Positions 30,261 to 40,992 are shown, counted from the first letter of the stretch. The stretch is 64,000 nt of DNA from Candidatus Poribacteria bacterium (GCA_963663765.2 CAXXUA010000004.1:352001-416000), one strand, 5' to 3'. Numbers and translations are program-made. The notes: generated by a model from the letters alone, not told the origin.

Positions 30261-31109
30261 ATGGCAACCTTCGGCACTGGTGACTACCAATATGAAGTCG
30301 TAGAAGGATGGGGTATGATCCCACAACTTGGACTCGTCTCTGGTTTAGCCTGTGACTCCAATGACCGTGTCTATGTCTACAACCGTAGTCCACAACCTGC
30401 TATGCTCGTTTTTGAAGCAGATGGAACTTTCGTCACAGAATGGGGTAAAGACATATTAAAGAAACCACACGGTGTCTGGATTAGTCCTTCAGATGAAATC
30501 TATACAACTGACACCATTGACCACACTGTCCGGAAATTCTCACTTGATGGTGAGTTACTGCAGACTTTTGGGACTGTGAATCAACCCGGAGCAACGGGAA
30601 AACCCTTCAATGAACCAACTCGCGCAGTGCTATCAATATCCGGTGAAATGTATGTCTCAGACGGTTATGGACAATCCCGTGTTCACAGAATGACTGCGGA
30701 TGGTGAAGTGATCAGTTCGTGGGGTGCATCTGGAACAGGTCCAGGGGAATTCAACCTACCACATGATGTTACAGTAGATCATAACGATAGAGTATATATT
30801 CAAGACAGAGGTAATCGTAGGTGTCAAGTATTCAACAATAACGGGGAGTTTCTCACTGAATGGTCTGACCTACACTCACCCAACGACCTATTTATTGACT
30901 CGGATAACATTGGACATATTGCTGAAGCACGACAAGGAATTTGCATCATCACGCTTGATGGTGAAATAATCGGACGTTGGGGGGAGAAGGGAACTTTACC
31001 TGGTCATTTCAGCGATTCCCCGCACGGTATATGGATTGATTCAAATGAAGACATTTATGTTAGCGAAGTAATCGCTGAAAGACGTCTTCAAAAATTTGCA
31101 AGGATTTAA
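30261..31109 (+). CDS. NHL-repeat beta-propeller (peptidyl-alpha-hydroxyglycine lyase-like)
   Basis: PHG; YVSDGYGQSRVH; FNLPHD; DRGNRR motifs. Confidence 0.85.
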   Translation: MATFGTGDYQYEVVEGWGMIPQLGLVSGLACDSNDRVYVYNRSPQPAMLVFEADGTFVTEWGKDILKKPHGVWISPSDEIYTTDTIDHTVRKFSLDGELLQTFGTVNQPGATGKPFNEPTRAVLSISGEMYVSDGYGQSRVHRMTADGEVISSWGASGTGPGEFNLPHDVTVDHNDRVYIQDRGNRRCQVFNNNGEFLTEWSDLHSPNDLFIDSDNIGHIAEARQGICIITLDGEIIGRWGEKGTLPGHFSDSPHGIWIDSNEDIYVSEVIAERRLQKFARI

Positions 31110-31114
31110 TTGTT

Positions 31115-31987
31115 TTGAAAAAATATCTATTTCTTCTCAGTTTCATTTTTGTTGTCATTTTAACTTGCACACTCGCTTATGCAGATGGGAATCATGACCA
31201 TTCTGGTGATAAGATAAAAAAACTGCTAACACAGCCACTTACAATGCAGTTTGCAGTAATAGCATTAGTCATTTCTTTCATCCTCGGTGGATTGCATGCC
31301 CTAACACCTGGACACGGAAAAGCCGTTGTTGCAGCATATCTTGTCGGCACGAAAGGTAGGATAATTGATGCCATTGCACTCGGGTTAATTGTAACCTTCA
31401 CACATACTTTTAGTGTCATTTCAATTGGACTTATTCTGCTATTTGCCAAAGATAAATTCGCTCAAGAAGATATTGTCCTGTGGCTTAGCCTAATTTCAGG
31501 ATTATTGATTGTTTGTATCGGCGGATGGTTGCTTGCAAAAAATATGAAACGATATTTCACAAGCAAATCCAATCCATTAGAACACAGTCATGACCATACA
31601 CATGGACATACACATTCTCATACCCATGCAAATGGACATACACATAGTCATGTCCCTTCAGAACGTGTCGGTCTTTTTGGATTACTATCCCTCGGCATAT
31701 CTGGCGGAATCGTCCCTTGTGTAGACGCACTTATCGGGCTCCTATTTGCAATAAGCATTGACAAACTTACTTGGGGTGTGGTTATTCTTTGTGCGTTCTC
31801 GCTTGGACTTGCTGCTGTACTGGTTGCAATCGGTATTCTCATGGTATTGGCAAAACCGATTATTGAACGGTTCACTGGTAAAGGAATCTGGCTACAACGG
31901 CTGCCTATCATTAGTGCTACCGTTGTTATTGTTCTGGGAGCATTATTGGTATTCAAGGCACTCAATCAAGTCGGTATACAGATATAG
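31115..31987 (+). CDS. RcnA/NiCoT-like nickel/cobalt transporter
   Basis: LHALTPGHGKAVVAAYL; His-rich loop; GGIVPC. Confidence 0.88.
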   Translation: MKKYLFLLSFIFVVILTCTLAYADGNHDHSGDKIKKLLTQPLTMQFAVIALVISFILGGLHALTPGHGKAVVAAYLVGTKGRIIDAIALGLIVTFTHTFSVISIGLILLFAKDKFAQEDIVLWLSLISGLLIVCIGGWLLAKNMKRYFTSKSNPLEHSHDHTHGHTHSHTHANGHTHSHVPSERVGLFGLLSLGISGGIVPCVDALIGLLFAISIDKLTWGVVILCAFSLGLAAVLVAIGILMVLAKPIIERFTGKGIWLQRLPIISATVVIVLGALLVFKALNQVGIQI

Positions 31988-32020
31988 AATTGACTTCCTA
32001 TCGCTTAATAGAAAGGTTTT

Positions 32021-32908
32021 ATGCCAAACACTATAGGTATTCTAAGTCCTGGAGACATGGGACACACAGTTGGAAATGTCCTACGTCAAAACGGATTACG
32101 AGTAATTACTTGCCTTGAGGGTAGAAGTGACCGAACCTGTGAACTCGCACAGAGAGCAGGTATTGAAGATGTCAAGACATATCACCAACTCATCACACAA
32201 GCAGACCTAATCCTGTCAATAATGGTACCTGCAAAAGCGTCTGCAGCAGCTCAGGTCGTTGCCGATACTCTGCAAAAAACAGACACTACAATAACCTATG
32301 CAGACTGCAACGCAATTGCACCACAAACAGTCCGAAAGATTGGTAGTACAATTGAAGCCGCAGGTGGCAATTTCGTTGATGCTTCTATCATCGGTCCACC
32401 ACCGCGAAGACCTAATACGACCCGTTTGTACGTGTCGGGTCCACAACTCAATACAATCTCTGTACTTAATGCGTATGGATTGGATATTATTCCACTTGGT
32501 AAGGAAATTGGTCTCGCTTCCGCTATTAAGATGTGTTACGCATCTTTGACAAAAGGGTTAACAGCACTCTGTACAGAGTTACTGACTGCAGCTCAGATAT
32601 TAGGTGTATCTGATGCACTAAAGAAGGAATTTCAATTGAGCCAAACCGCCTTATATGAAAGGATGGAGAGAGGATTGCCGGGCATGCCAACAAAGGCAAA
32701 ACGTTGGATCGGCGAAATGGAAGAGATCGCCGATACTTACGATCATGTAGGATTAACACCTAACATATTGACAGGGACAGCGGACATTTACCGACTTGTG
32801 AGTGACACACATCTTGCTGACATTTCACCCGAAGACAGAGACAAATTCCCAACTCTTAGTGAGTTAATTTCTGCATTAGCAGAACAGACAACGAAGAAGA
32901 CATCATAA
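32021..32908 (+). CDS. NAD(P)-dependent oxidoreductase (6-PGDH-like, DUF1932)
   Basis: IGILSPGDMG; DCNAIAP; ASAIKMCYASLTKG; RWIGEMEEI. Confidence 0.85.
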   Translation: MPNTIGILSPGDMGHTVGNVLRQNGLRVITCLEGRSDRTCELAQRAGIEDVKTYHQLITQADLILSIMVPAKASAAAQVVADTLQKTDTTITYADCNAIAPQTVRKIGSTIEAAGGNFVDASIIGPPPRRPNTTRLYVSGPQLNTISVLNAYGLDIIPLGKEIGLASAIKMCYASLTKGLTALCTELLTAAQILGVSDALKKEFQLSQTALYERMERGLPGMPTKAKRWIGEMEEIADTYDHVGLTPNILTGTADIYRLVSDTHLADISPEDRDKFPTLSELISALAEQTTKKTS

Positions 32909-32964
32909 CACCCATGTTTCCTAAGTAGCCAAAGAAACAGCATGTATACGAAAAGAAGGAATAT

Positions 32965-33783
32965 CTATTTGTTTTCCTTTTCTTCTATAGTTTCTTCAAT
33001 ACCAAGTGGTTCATTCAACCATTTTTTGAATGTGTCAGCATCAGGAAAAAAGGATCGCATCAATGCAAACTCATCTGCTGTTGCAATAGCGCATCTCAGA
33101 TAACCTTCCCGAGCCCCATGTTTCTGTAGACGCTTTTGCCACGCTTCATGAAAAATTTCATTGTCATAAATCATAAATGTAGAAACCAATCCCATCTTAA
33201 CAAAGTGTGTGGAAAAACCTTCATTTTCAGAGCTCAGCTTAACTAACGGATTTAATAATTGGTTTTCTAAAAGTTCTCTGAATTCTTTCCCACTATTTTG
33301 TTGCGTTTTGCCGGTTTTACCCCATTCGCGAAAAATGTAATAACTATCAACCCAAATCATCTGTTGGTTTTCATTTACTTCTGTCTCTAAGAACTGATTA
33401 AGTCTTGATCGGACAACAGATTTATGATGTTCAGTCGGCATTGCTGCAATGTAAGAATGATAATCTGAAGTGTCTTGGTCATATCTTGCTTTGAGATAAG
33501 CGAGATAGTGTTCAGAAGACAACACTAATTCAACATCTGATGAATTTTCAACTTCGTTAGACTCTCCAGAGTATTCAAGTAGTTGTGTTAAAAGATTCTC
33601 CTGTTCCTCAGTAAGTGGTGCATTTGCGTATTCTCTTAGCGTGTTTGTATATTCCTGTTCTTGAACTGCCATCTGTTTGATATCTTGAAATATCTCAACA
33701 AACCAAGGCATTACAAATATGATACCTAAAACGAGAATCACAAGACTGATAATGGATAGAATTAGACAGGTTGGTTTTTTCAT
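32965..33783 (-). CDS. Hypothetical membrane-anchored protein
   Basis: N-terminal TM helix; GGAG RBS before ATG at 33783. Confidence 0.65.
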   Translation of the reverse strand: MKKPTCLILSIISLVILVLGIIFVMPWFVEIFQDIKQMAVQEQEYTNTLREYANAPLTEEQENLLTQLLEYSGESNEVENSSDVELVLSSEHYLAYLKARYDQDTSDYHSYIAAMPTEHHKSVVRSRLNQFLETEVNENQQMIWVDSYYIFREWGKTGKTQQNSGKEFRELLENQLLNPLVKLSSENEGFSTHFVKMGLVSTFMIYDNEIFHEAWQKRLQKHGAREGYLRCAIATADEFALMRSFFPDADTFKKWLNEPLGIEETIEEKENK

Positions 33784-33874
33784 TTGATTGCTCCAAGTAT
33801 TTTTTATTTCTATCATATCATTTTCAAGTTTAGATTTCAATTACTTATGTGGGTGAGTTGCTTCTGTTATTAAT

Positions 33875-33903
33875 TTGACTTTTCTATTGATTATATGTAT
33901 AAT
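33875..33903 (+). promoter_or_regulatory. sigma70 promoter of tRNA-Leu
   Basis: TTGACT-17 bp-TATAAT, 14 nt before the tRNA. Confidence 0.75.
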
Positions 33904-33917
33904 GTATTATTGTTTGA

Positions 33918-34003
33918 GCCGGGGTGCTGGAATTTGGTAGACAGGCTAGATTCAGGTTCTAGTGTGCAGATTGCGCGTAAGGGTTCGAGTCCCTTTCCCG
34001 GCA
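33918..34003 (+). tRNA. tRNA-Leu(CAG)
   Basis: Cloverleaf; anticodon arm CTAGA-TTCAGGT-TCTAG; long variable arm; GTTCGAGTC T-loop; CCA not encoded. Confidence 0.95.
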
Positions 34004-34005
34004 TG

Positions 34006-35187
34006 TTATTCCCTTTGGAGTGTTTCTGGTACTAACCATAGGAAGATTGCGACTCCAATAAATCCGATTGTCCCTAAAGCAAAGCCAGAATAAACCAGTC
34101 CGAGCAGATCAGCGATATTACCGACGACGACTGGACCGGCTGCCCCACCAAAATCTCCTGTCAATCGCCACAATCCGAGGAATTCTCCTGTTCCTTGCTT
34201 AGGTGCTAAATCTGCTCCCATTGTCATCATCGTTCCGGATGCGATTCCGTTACCGAATCGCATGAGAACTGCTGCCAAAAGTAGCGGTGTGAATGTACGC
34301 GTAAACGGCATCAACATCATACCTGTGGCAAAGATGCTGATTCCCGGTACTGTCGCGAACCGTCTTCCAAAGCGATCCATCATGTGTCCTGCGACAGGAA
34401 ACATTGACATGTCAACAGCTGAAGATATTGTCTCTATCACGCGGATATTTCGTGTGGTTAATCCTGCCACGTCTTGGGCATAGAGTGGAATGATACTATG
34501 GCATCCACGCCGAATAGTTTGGACACATACTTGTCCAATACCTGCTGTAGCTAAAAGGTTGAAATGTTGTTTTGAAATATGGAACAACTGTTTGAAATAC
34601 GGCTGTTGTGTTTTTTGGGATTGAGCAGTTGCTTCCCGTTTGTTATCGGGTATTGAGTAAAAACACATTATCAAAGTCAAGACAGCGAATCCAGCATAGA
34701 CAAAGAACGGTAGACGTAGGTTTGTCCCGAGAAAAATCGCACCGAACTTACCTGCAAATGTTCCCATTCGATTAACACCGCCAAAAAGAGCAATAGACCG
34801 ACCACGTTTTACAAAAGGGATTACATCAGTCATATAAGCGTGACGTGATAGCATCCACAAAGCGTTCCCGATGCCACCAATAAGCTGCGCACCGAGAAGT
34901 TGGAATAGGTTCTGTGCTATCCCCATGGCAATAGTTGAAATGGCAACCATCACTAAACCAAGTAACATCGCAGACTTTCTACCGATTCGTTCAACCAGTA
35001 TTCCAGCAGGAATATTCCCTAAAACTCTAACAGATATAACGAATGTCGTGAGCGTATATGATAGTTTAAAAGAGTTAATGTAAATGGATTCTGTCGGGGA
35101 GACGATACCCGCACCTGTTGCAAGGAGAAAAGCGGGAAGATAGATAGGTAAAATCAGTGAAACACGACTGAACTTATTGGATGCCAA
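34006..35187 (-). CDS. MFS transporter
   Basis: About 12 hydrophobic segments; motif A GILVERIGRK and GHMMDRFGRR. Confidence 0.9.
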   Translation of the reverse strand: MASNKFSRVSLILPIYLPAFLLATGAGIVSPTESIYINSFKLSYTLTTFVISVRVLGNIPAGILVERIGRKSAMLLGLVMVAISTIAMGIAQNLFQLLGAQLIGGIGNALWMLSRHAYMTDVIPFVKRGRSIALFGGVNRMGTFAGKFGAIFLGTNLRLPFFVYAGFAVLTLIMCFYSIPDNKREATAQSQKTQQPYFKQLFHISKQHFNLLATAGIGQVCVQTIRRGCHSIIPLYAQDVAGLTTRNIRVIETISSAVDMSMFPVAGHMMDRFGRRFATVPGISIFATGMMLMPFTRTFTPLLLAAVLMRFGNGIASGTMMTMGADLAPKQGTGEFLGLWRLTGDFGGAAGPVVVGNIADLLGLVYSGFALGTIGFIGVAIFLWLVPETLQRE

Positions 35188-35320
35188 ACCTATGGTGACT
35201 ACCTTAGAATTTTATGCCAATTGCTTTGGTCAGTGTTGAGTGTGATGTTGTACCTTTTATATTGAATTTATCAATAGAAGGTATTACATCTGTTTTTCTG
35301 GTTTGAATCACATTTTTTGA

Positions 35321-36769
35321 TTATTCCTTGTATTCTGAACGATCTGTATTTCCACCGTATTTTAGAGCATAGACCATAAGGTTAGTCATAAACCTATATA
35401 CATCTGTGGAACGGCGCATTCGCAGTGCTGTTCGAGAGTTTATCTCTGCTGTTTCCATAGCACATAGATAGTCTTTTCTATTGAATACAACACCTAACCT
35501 GTTAGTGGTGCGCAGGACACCTTGCGCGTCTTTGTATTCAAGATTAGGTCGTTTTCTACCACCAGGTTCTCTTGGGACATATATTCCTCTATGGAATTTG
35601 TATTTTGTGGGTCGTGCTTTGTTTTCGCTCTGCCAAAAGACTTCTCCACCTTCAGGTGGTTTATCAAGTTCGAAATATATTTTATATATTTCATGGTCAT
35701 GAGGGAGTTTTTCTAAAGCATATTCAGGGAAAATCATCCGTAGTTCATGTTCAATGGTTTTTGAAAAACCTGCTTTGAGTCCGCAGTCATCAAAGAAAAG
35801 GGTTCCGCCTCTTTCCAGCACATAGATACGCAATGCAGCCCGTTCTTCTTCAGTGAATTCTGGTTTCATCGGTTCACCCTTCATCAACTTTCGGTTCATA
35901 GTCATTTCTTCTTCGTGTCCAGTCATGATGATGAGTGGTGCGTCCAAGATTTTTGGGTCAGTCATTGTTAATGCCCCGCCAGCGAAACTCATATCTGCGC
36001 GTACGGCTGTGTTATCTTCCAACCATTCAATGAGAGAAGGGATTGCAGTTGGGTCTTGCCACCAATCGCTAAGTGAGTGCTTTAGTCGGATGATACGTAT
36101 GTGTGCTTTCAAATCAGCGCCTTTACCTTTTATGACAGCCCCAAGTTTGTTTCCGATTTCATCTCGTAATGTGGGTAGTTTTCCGAAACCAGCACCTAAA
36201 CCTTCATATCCTGAACCGGTTCCAGTTCCTTCGGTCACCTTACCAAATCCTGATCTACCTTCACCTTGTTTGACGATAGACAAATTCCCACTACCTCCTG
36301 TACTTCTAATTGTTGAAACACTTTCGGGAGGACCTTCACCACCTGTCAATTCTGGACCGTCAATTTGAGACTGATTTAAGATGGATTCTGGTGATGGTGC
36401 GAGTCTTGTAACATTTTCAATCATTGAAGGTGCGTCTGAGGGTGTGATGTCTTCAATGGGAAGTACTGGATTTACAGGTGTTGGGATGCTTGTTGCGCTT
36501 GAAACCCCTTTCACACCAGTTGTTGCGATTTTTCTGATTACTTTCGTAATCGGCTTCGGTTTTGGCTTTGGTACGTCTTTTCTAATTGTTTCACGTTCTG
36601 CAAGGGGGTGCATTAATTCAACATACATCCGATTATCCGTTTGTTGTATGACAGGTTTTAATAACCACAAACCTAATACAATTATACCGACAAAATGTAG
36701 GACAAAAGAAACGATCAATGATTGCCATTTTCTTTTTTTTGAATATAATGTTGATGTGTTATATAACAT
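35321..36769 (-). CDS. DUF4159-domain protein with an N-terminal TM anchor and Pro/Gly-rich linker
   Basis: S..LH TM helix; PKPKPKP linker; DWWQDP...IMTGH...GGTLFFDDCG DUF4159-like motifs. Confidence 0.75.
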   Translation of the reverse strand: MLYNTSTLYSKKRKWQSLIVSFVLHFVGIIVLGLWLLKPVIQQTDNRMYVELMHPLAERETIRKDVPKPKPKPITKVIRKIATTGVKGVSSATSIPTPVNPVLPIEDITPSDAPSMIENVTRLAPSPESILNQSQIDGPELTGGEGPPESVSTIRSTGGSGNLSIVKQGEGRSGFGKVTEGTGTGSGYEGLGAGFGKLPTLRDEIGNKLGAVIKGKGADLKAHIRIIRLKHSLSDWWQDPTAIPSLIEWLEDNTAVRADMSFAGGALTMTDPKILDAPLIIMTGHEEEMTMNRKLMKGEPMKPEFTEEERAALRIYVLERGGTLFFDDCGLKAGFSKTIEHELRMIFPEYALEKLPHDHEIYKIYFELDKPPEGGEVFWQSENKARPTKYKFHRGIYVPREPGGRKRPNLEYKDAQGVLRTTNRLGVVFNRKDYLCAMETAEINSRTALRMRRSTDVYRFMTNLMVYALKYGGNTDRSEYKE

Positions 36770-36804
36770 TTTTTGCTCCTAATGTATAGATTATATGGTA
36801 TAGA

Positions 36805-37350
36805 TTATATGGTGCTGAGTGCGGTTTCATAACATTTATAGGTTGCGTTGTCAAATAGAATAAATTGTATTATAGCAGGAGTTTTCTGTGAACAATAGAC
36901 TACTCTATCTCTAATTGTCTGTAATGCGACGAATGCTGCTAATTCAGTTGGATAACCGTAGACTCCTGTACTTATTGATGGAAAGGCGATTGAATTGATG
37001 TCGTTTTCTACTGCTAATTTGAGGCATTCTTTATAACAACTTGCCAGTAACTTATCTTCATCTTTGTTGCCACCTTGCCAGACTGGTCCGACGGTATGGA
37101 TAACGTATTTTACGGAAAGGTTTCCACCTGTAGTGATGACAGCGGTTCCCGTTGGGCAACCGCCTTGTTTCTTTCGAATTTCATCACAAGCTTTGACGAC
37201 TGCTTCACCACCCGCGCGACGAATTGCTCCATCTACACCGCCACCACCAATGAGTTTTTCGTTAGCGGCGTTTACAATTGCATCCACTTCAGCTTTCGTG
37301 ATGTCTCCTTGAATAAGTTCAACTTTAGAGTCTCCATAGATATTCTTCAT
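36805..37350 (-). CDS. Macro domain O-acetyl-ADP-ribose deacetylase (YmdB-like)
   Basis: GDIT; IVNAAN..L.GGGGVDGAI; VIHTVGP; AFPSISTGVYGYP. Confidence 0.93.
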   Translation of the reverse strand: MKNIYGDSKVELIQGDITKAEVDAIVNAANEKLIGGGGVDGAIRRAGGEAVVKACDEIRKKQGGCPTGTAVITTGGNLSVKYVIHTVGPVWQGGNKDEDKLLASCYKECLKLAVENDINSIAFPSISTGVYGYPTELAAFVALQTIRDRVVYCSQKTPAIIQFILFDNATYKCYETALSTI

Positions 37351-37380
37351 TTGTCTACTCCTGAGTGACACTCAAGCGTT

Positions 37381-38259
37381 TTAGTATTTACGCTTTATGA
37401 ACCCAATTCGTTGCAGGTTGTTTAGGATAAGGGGCTCAAAGCCATCATCTGTGTTTATGCGGACATAACCTATACCACGTTGTTTACAATAGTTGTGGAT
37501 ACTTTCACAATAGTCTCTTTGTTGTTTTTCGTAATGTGTGATAGTTTCTTCATTGATCGTAATCTCTTTTGTCTCCCCTGTTTCAGCGTCTTCAAACTGC
37601 CATTCACCTTGTGGTGGTGGATTAATTTCTTCTGGACATTGTATTTGGATCATTGTTAAGTCAAACCCTCTACCTATCAACGAATTGATGCCTTTTGTAT
37701 ATCCTGCAGTATCCAAGAAATCACTTAACATGATGACGACACCAGTTTTCTGTTGTGATAGTGCAAATTGCTTTAGTGATTCTGTTATGCGGGTAGTTCC
37801 ATCTGATTCTATTGTGTTTATTGCTTTTTGTATACGATGATATTGTGCCTTTCCATAGGTTATTGGTAATATTGAAGTGAGTCTATCTGCAAATGAATAT
37901 AATGCGACACGGTCTGAGTTTGCTAATGCTATATAAGCTAATGCTGCTGCAATTCTTTTCCCATAATCTATCTTGGTCGGTTCCCCGTATTTCATGGATT
38001 GGCTGGTATCTATCAAGATAGAAACGACTAATTCTTGGTCTGTTTGAAACATTTTGATAAAAAGTTTGTCCAATCGTGCATAGATGTTCCAGTCAAGGTA
38101 GCGGAGATCATCTCCGTGTTCATATTGACGATAGTCTGCGAATTCCACACCAGTACCTCGGTTGAGGCTTCGGCGATCACCTCTGTATTTACCTCGGAAA
38201 GGTTGTTTGCATTGGATGCGTAGTTGCTCAAGTTGTGCAAGGAATTTGGTGCTTAGCAT
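37381..38259 (-). CDS. DUF58 (vWA-like, MoxR-associated) protein
   Basis: G.GVEFADYRQYEHGDDLRYLDWNIYAR; IDTSQSM; LSDFLD. Confidence 0.92.
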   Translation of the reverse strand: MLSTKFLAQLEQLRIQCKQPFRGKYRGDRRSLNRGTGVEFADYRQYEHGDDLRYLDWNIYARLDKLFIKMFQTDQELVVSILIDTSQSMKYGEPTKIDYGKRIAAALAYIALANSDRVALYSFADRLTSILPITYGKAQYHRIQKAINTIESDGTTRITESLKQFALSQQKTGVVIMLSDFLDTAGYTKGINSLIGRGFDLTMIQIQCPEEINPPPQGEWQFEDAETGETKEITINEETITHYEKQQRDYCESIHNYCKQRGIGYVRINTDDGFEPLILNNLQRIGFIKRKY

Positions 38260-38478
38260 GATATTTCATTAGTATTTAAGTCCACTGTATAATAATTATA
38301 GCATGTCCTCTTAATAATAACAAGCGTTTGAGTGTGTAAAGTTTTTGGAAATTGTATTGTTAGCATCACCAAATCAAGAAAGTAACTGTAAGAATGCAAT
38401 TTCGGTATTCATCAGATGAACAGATTACCCAGATTGTATAGGGAATTGCGAATTTCTCGGATTATGCGGATTTGTTTC

Positions 38479-38600
38479 AGAATCACGGATTTCGCGGAGA
38501 AAACTTCAGCAACTAATCGTATTCCTTTGACTACGCTTATCTAAGCAATACGACCACAGTACCGTTTCTTATGCACGAAATCCGCGTCCTCCGTGATTCT
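38479..38600. repeat. Imperfect 20-bp inverted repeat pair (AGAATCACGGATTTCGCGGA / TCCGCGTCCTCCGTGATTCT)
   Basis: 17/20 complementary; a related motif lies near 26348. Confidence 0.55.
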
Positions 38601-38647
38601 AACTAAAGGTGTGACAATAACTTTACATATCCGCTTTAGAGTTTTAT

Positions 38648-38676
38648 TTGCAATTGAGCAAAAATTATATTATAAT
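38648..38676 (+). promoter_or_regulatory. sigma70 promoter of the tRNA cluster
   Basis: TTGCAA-17 bp-TATAAT. Confidence 0.75.
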
Positions 38677-38711
38677 ATAAGCACTCTTTATCTTATGCGA
38701 GAGTATCTTTT

Positions 38712-38787
<76 letters not shown>

Positions 38788-38794
38788 TTCGGAT

Positions 38795-38868
<74 letters not shown>

Positions 38869-38878
38869 TATTGCTGTT

Positions 38879-38951
38879 GGTGGATGTAGCTCAGGGGTAG
38901 AGCGCCTGACTGTGGATCAGGAGGTCGTGGGTTCAAATCCCATCATCCACC
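38879..38951 (+). tRNA. tRNA-His(GTG)
   Basis: G-1 encoded; CCTGA-CTGTGGA-TCAGG; C discriminator. Confidence 0.96.
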
Positions 38952-38961
38952 TTTTTAGGGT

Positions 38962-39034
38962 GCGTCCGTAGTTCAATGGATAGAGCAATAGCCTTCTGAG
39001 CTATTTGTTGGGGGTTCGAATCCCTCCGGACGCA
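38962..39034 (+). tRNA. tRNA-Arg, anticodon TCT with unusual G37
   Basis: ATAGC-CTTCTGA-GCTAT anticodon arm; GGATA D-loop; GCGTCCG/CGGACGC acceptor. Confidence 0.85.
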
Positions 39035-39035
39035 T

Positions 39036-39108
39036 GCGCTGTTAGCTCAATTGGCAGAGCATCTGACTCTTAATCAGAGGGTTGAAGGTTCGATTCCTTC
39101 ACGGCGCA
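39036..39108 (+). tRNA. tRNA-Lys(CTT)
   Basis: TCTGA-CTCTTAA-TCAGA anticodon arm. Confidence 0.96.
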
Positions 39109-39223
39109 TCGGTTCTTTAGTTTCGGAACTGATGCGTAAATCACCTTCTTTAGTGAAAACAAATACTCTTTGATGTCGTGTCATTTGAGAGTATTTTGCT
39201 TAATGCATTTGTTTCAGGAATAG

Positions 39224-39309
39224 GGGCGGGTGCTGGAATTTGGTAGACAGGATAGACTTAGGATCTATTGGGGTTATGCCTCGTGAGGGTTCAAGTCCCT
39301 CCTCGCCCA
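39224..39309 (+). tRNA. tRNA-Leu(TAG)
   Basis: ATAGA-CTTAGGA-TCTAT; long variable arm; classic position before tig. Confidence 0.96.
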
Positions 39310-39343
39310 TTTATACTTTGAGTTGAAATAGGGAGATTCTAAC

Positions 39344-40651
39344 TTGAGAGTTGAAGTTGAAACACTTGAGAGTACACAGGTCAGATTAGAGATTGAAATT
39401 CCCGCTGAAGATGTCAATGATGCGTTAACAGAAGCAATTCAAGCTTTGCGGAGTTATGTGTCTTTTCCAGGATTTAGGAAAGGTAGAGTGCCTTTAGCGA
39501 TTCTGAAGTCTCGTTTCCCAGAACATATTAGTAGCGAAGTTGTAAGACAGTTGGTAATTCCAGCTTACGAAGATGCACTATATGAGAAACATCTCATTCC
39601 CCTTACACAACCAGAATTTGACCCACCTTTGGAGCAGCTGAAAGTTGTTGAGAACGCACCCCTTGTTTTCGCTGCTAAAGTGAATATAAAACCGGATATT
39701 TCCATACCAGAATACGAAGAGATTGAAATAGACAAAACAGCAGTCAATGTACCGCGTGAAGATGTAGAAGTACATATTGAACGTTTGCAGTTACAATCTG
39801 CGACTTTTGAACCGATAGAAGAGGATCGTCCGGTAGAAGCGTCTGATTGTGTGCGTGTGGACTGGGAATGTACTTTAGATGGTCAAGTACTTGAGCAGGA
39901 ATCTGTTCAAGATATTGATATTGATCTAACATCAAAGGAGTTAAATTCTGACCTTAAAGATGGACTGCTTGGTATGCAGATTGGTGAGACGAAAGAGATT
40001 ACTGTAACTTATGACTCTTCATATTCAGTAAAGAATCTTGCGGGTAAACAGGTGATATATGAAGTATCACTCCATGCAATTACTCGGAAACATCTACCGG
40101 AACTGGACGATGAATTTGCGAAAGACCTTGGTTATGAAACCTTTAACCAGATGCATGGTATCATCTGGAACAATTTGGTAGAAAACGCACGCTATGTACA
40201 GATTGAAAAACAGAAAACTGAGATACTTGAGCAGCTAATTGATAGGGTAGAAATATCCATACCGGATGAATTAGTGGATCAATATGTACAACAGGCTTTA
40301 GAGAGGGTGCAAAAGCAGTTAATTTCAAAACAACAGACTCCCGAGGAAGCTGGAATAAACCTTGAAACTTTGCCAACGGAAATACGCGCGGATGTTATAA
40401 GGCAGACGAAACAGAATTGGATTTTTGAGGAAATTGCTGATTATGAAGAAATATACGTCAGTGATGATGAGTTGGAGTTAGCGATTCGTCGTGCAGCCGA
40501 ACAATTGAATCATGATACTAAGAACTATGCTGATTTACTCAAGGCAAACAACCAATTAGAAGATTTCAGAATACAGTTGCAGCATGAAAAGATATACCAG
40601 TTATTGATTGAAGAAGTAGCAGAAAAGAAGTCATTGATAATTACTGGATAG
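39344..40651 (+). CDS. tig: Trigger factor
   Basis: PGFRKGRVP ribosome-binding motif; LPELDDEFAKDLG; tRNA-Leu-tig-clpP-clpX-lon synteny. Confidence 0.96.
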   Translation: MRVEVETLESTQVRLEIEIPAEDVNDALTEAIQALRSYVSFPGFRKGRVPLAILKSRFPEHISSEVVRQLVIPAYEDALYEKHLIPLTQPEFDPPLEQLKVVENAPLVFAAKVNIKPDISIPEYEEIEIDKTAVNVPREDVEVHIERLQLQSATFEPIEEDRPVEASDCVRVDWECTLDGQVLEQESVQDIDIDLTSKELNSDLKDGLLGMQIGETKEITVTYDSSYSVKNLAGKQVIYEVSLHAITRKHLPELDDEFAKDLGYETFNQMHGIIWNNLVENARYVQIEKQKTEILEQLIDRVEISIPDELVDQYVQQALERVQKQLISKQQTPEEAGINLETLPTEIRADVIRQTKQNWIFEEIADYEEIYVSDDELELAIRRAAEQLNHDTKNYADLLKANNQLEDFRIQLQHEKIYQLLIEEVAEKKSLIITG

Positions 40652-40992
40652 TCTAAACTACATTGTATCTCATAAATGCGATTTAGTCTATATTCATCGG
40701 ATTAATCCGGGTTAGAAACCCCTTCTACCATTTGTGAGATAGGTTGTAACAAGACAATTGCTTTGGATATTCTTGCATCTCTGTCTTTGACTGTTGTGGT
40801 TGATATAATATCAGATCTAATAATGATGTTGCATGACAGGTTTTTGTGAAACTCTGATGCATACAGCACAAACTGTCAGTATGTGCTACAGAATAGGGAC
40901 AATTATTATTAAAAATGGAATAAGATTCCATACTATCATCTACTAAATTCATATTAACAGAAATTTACATCATAGAACTTACGGACACCACT

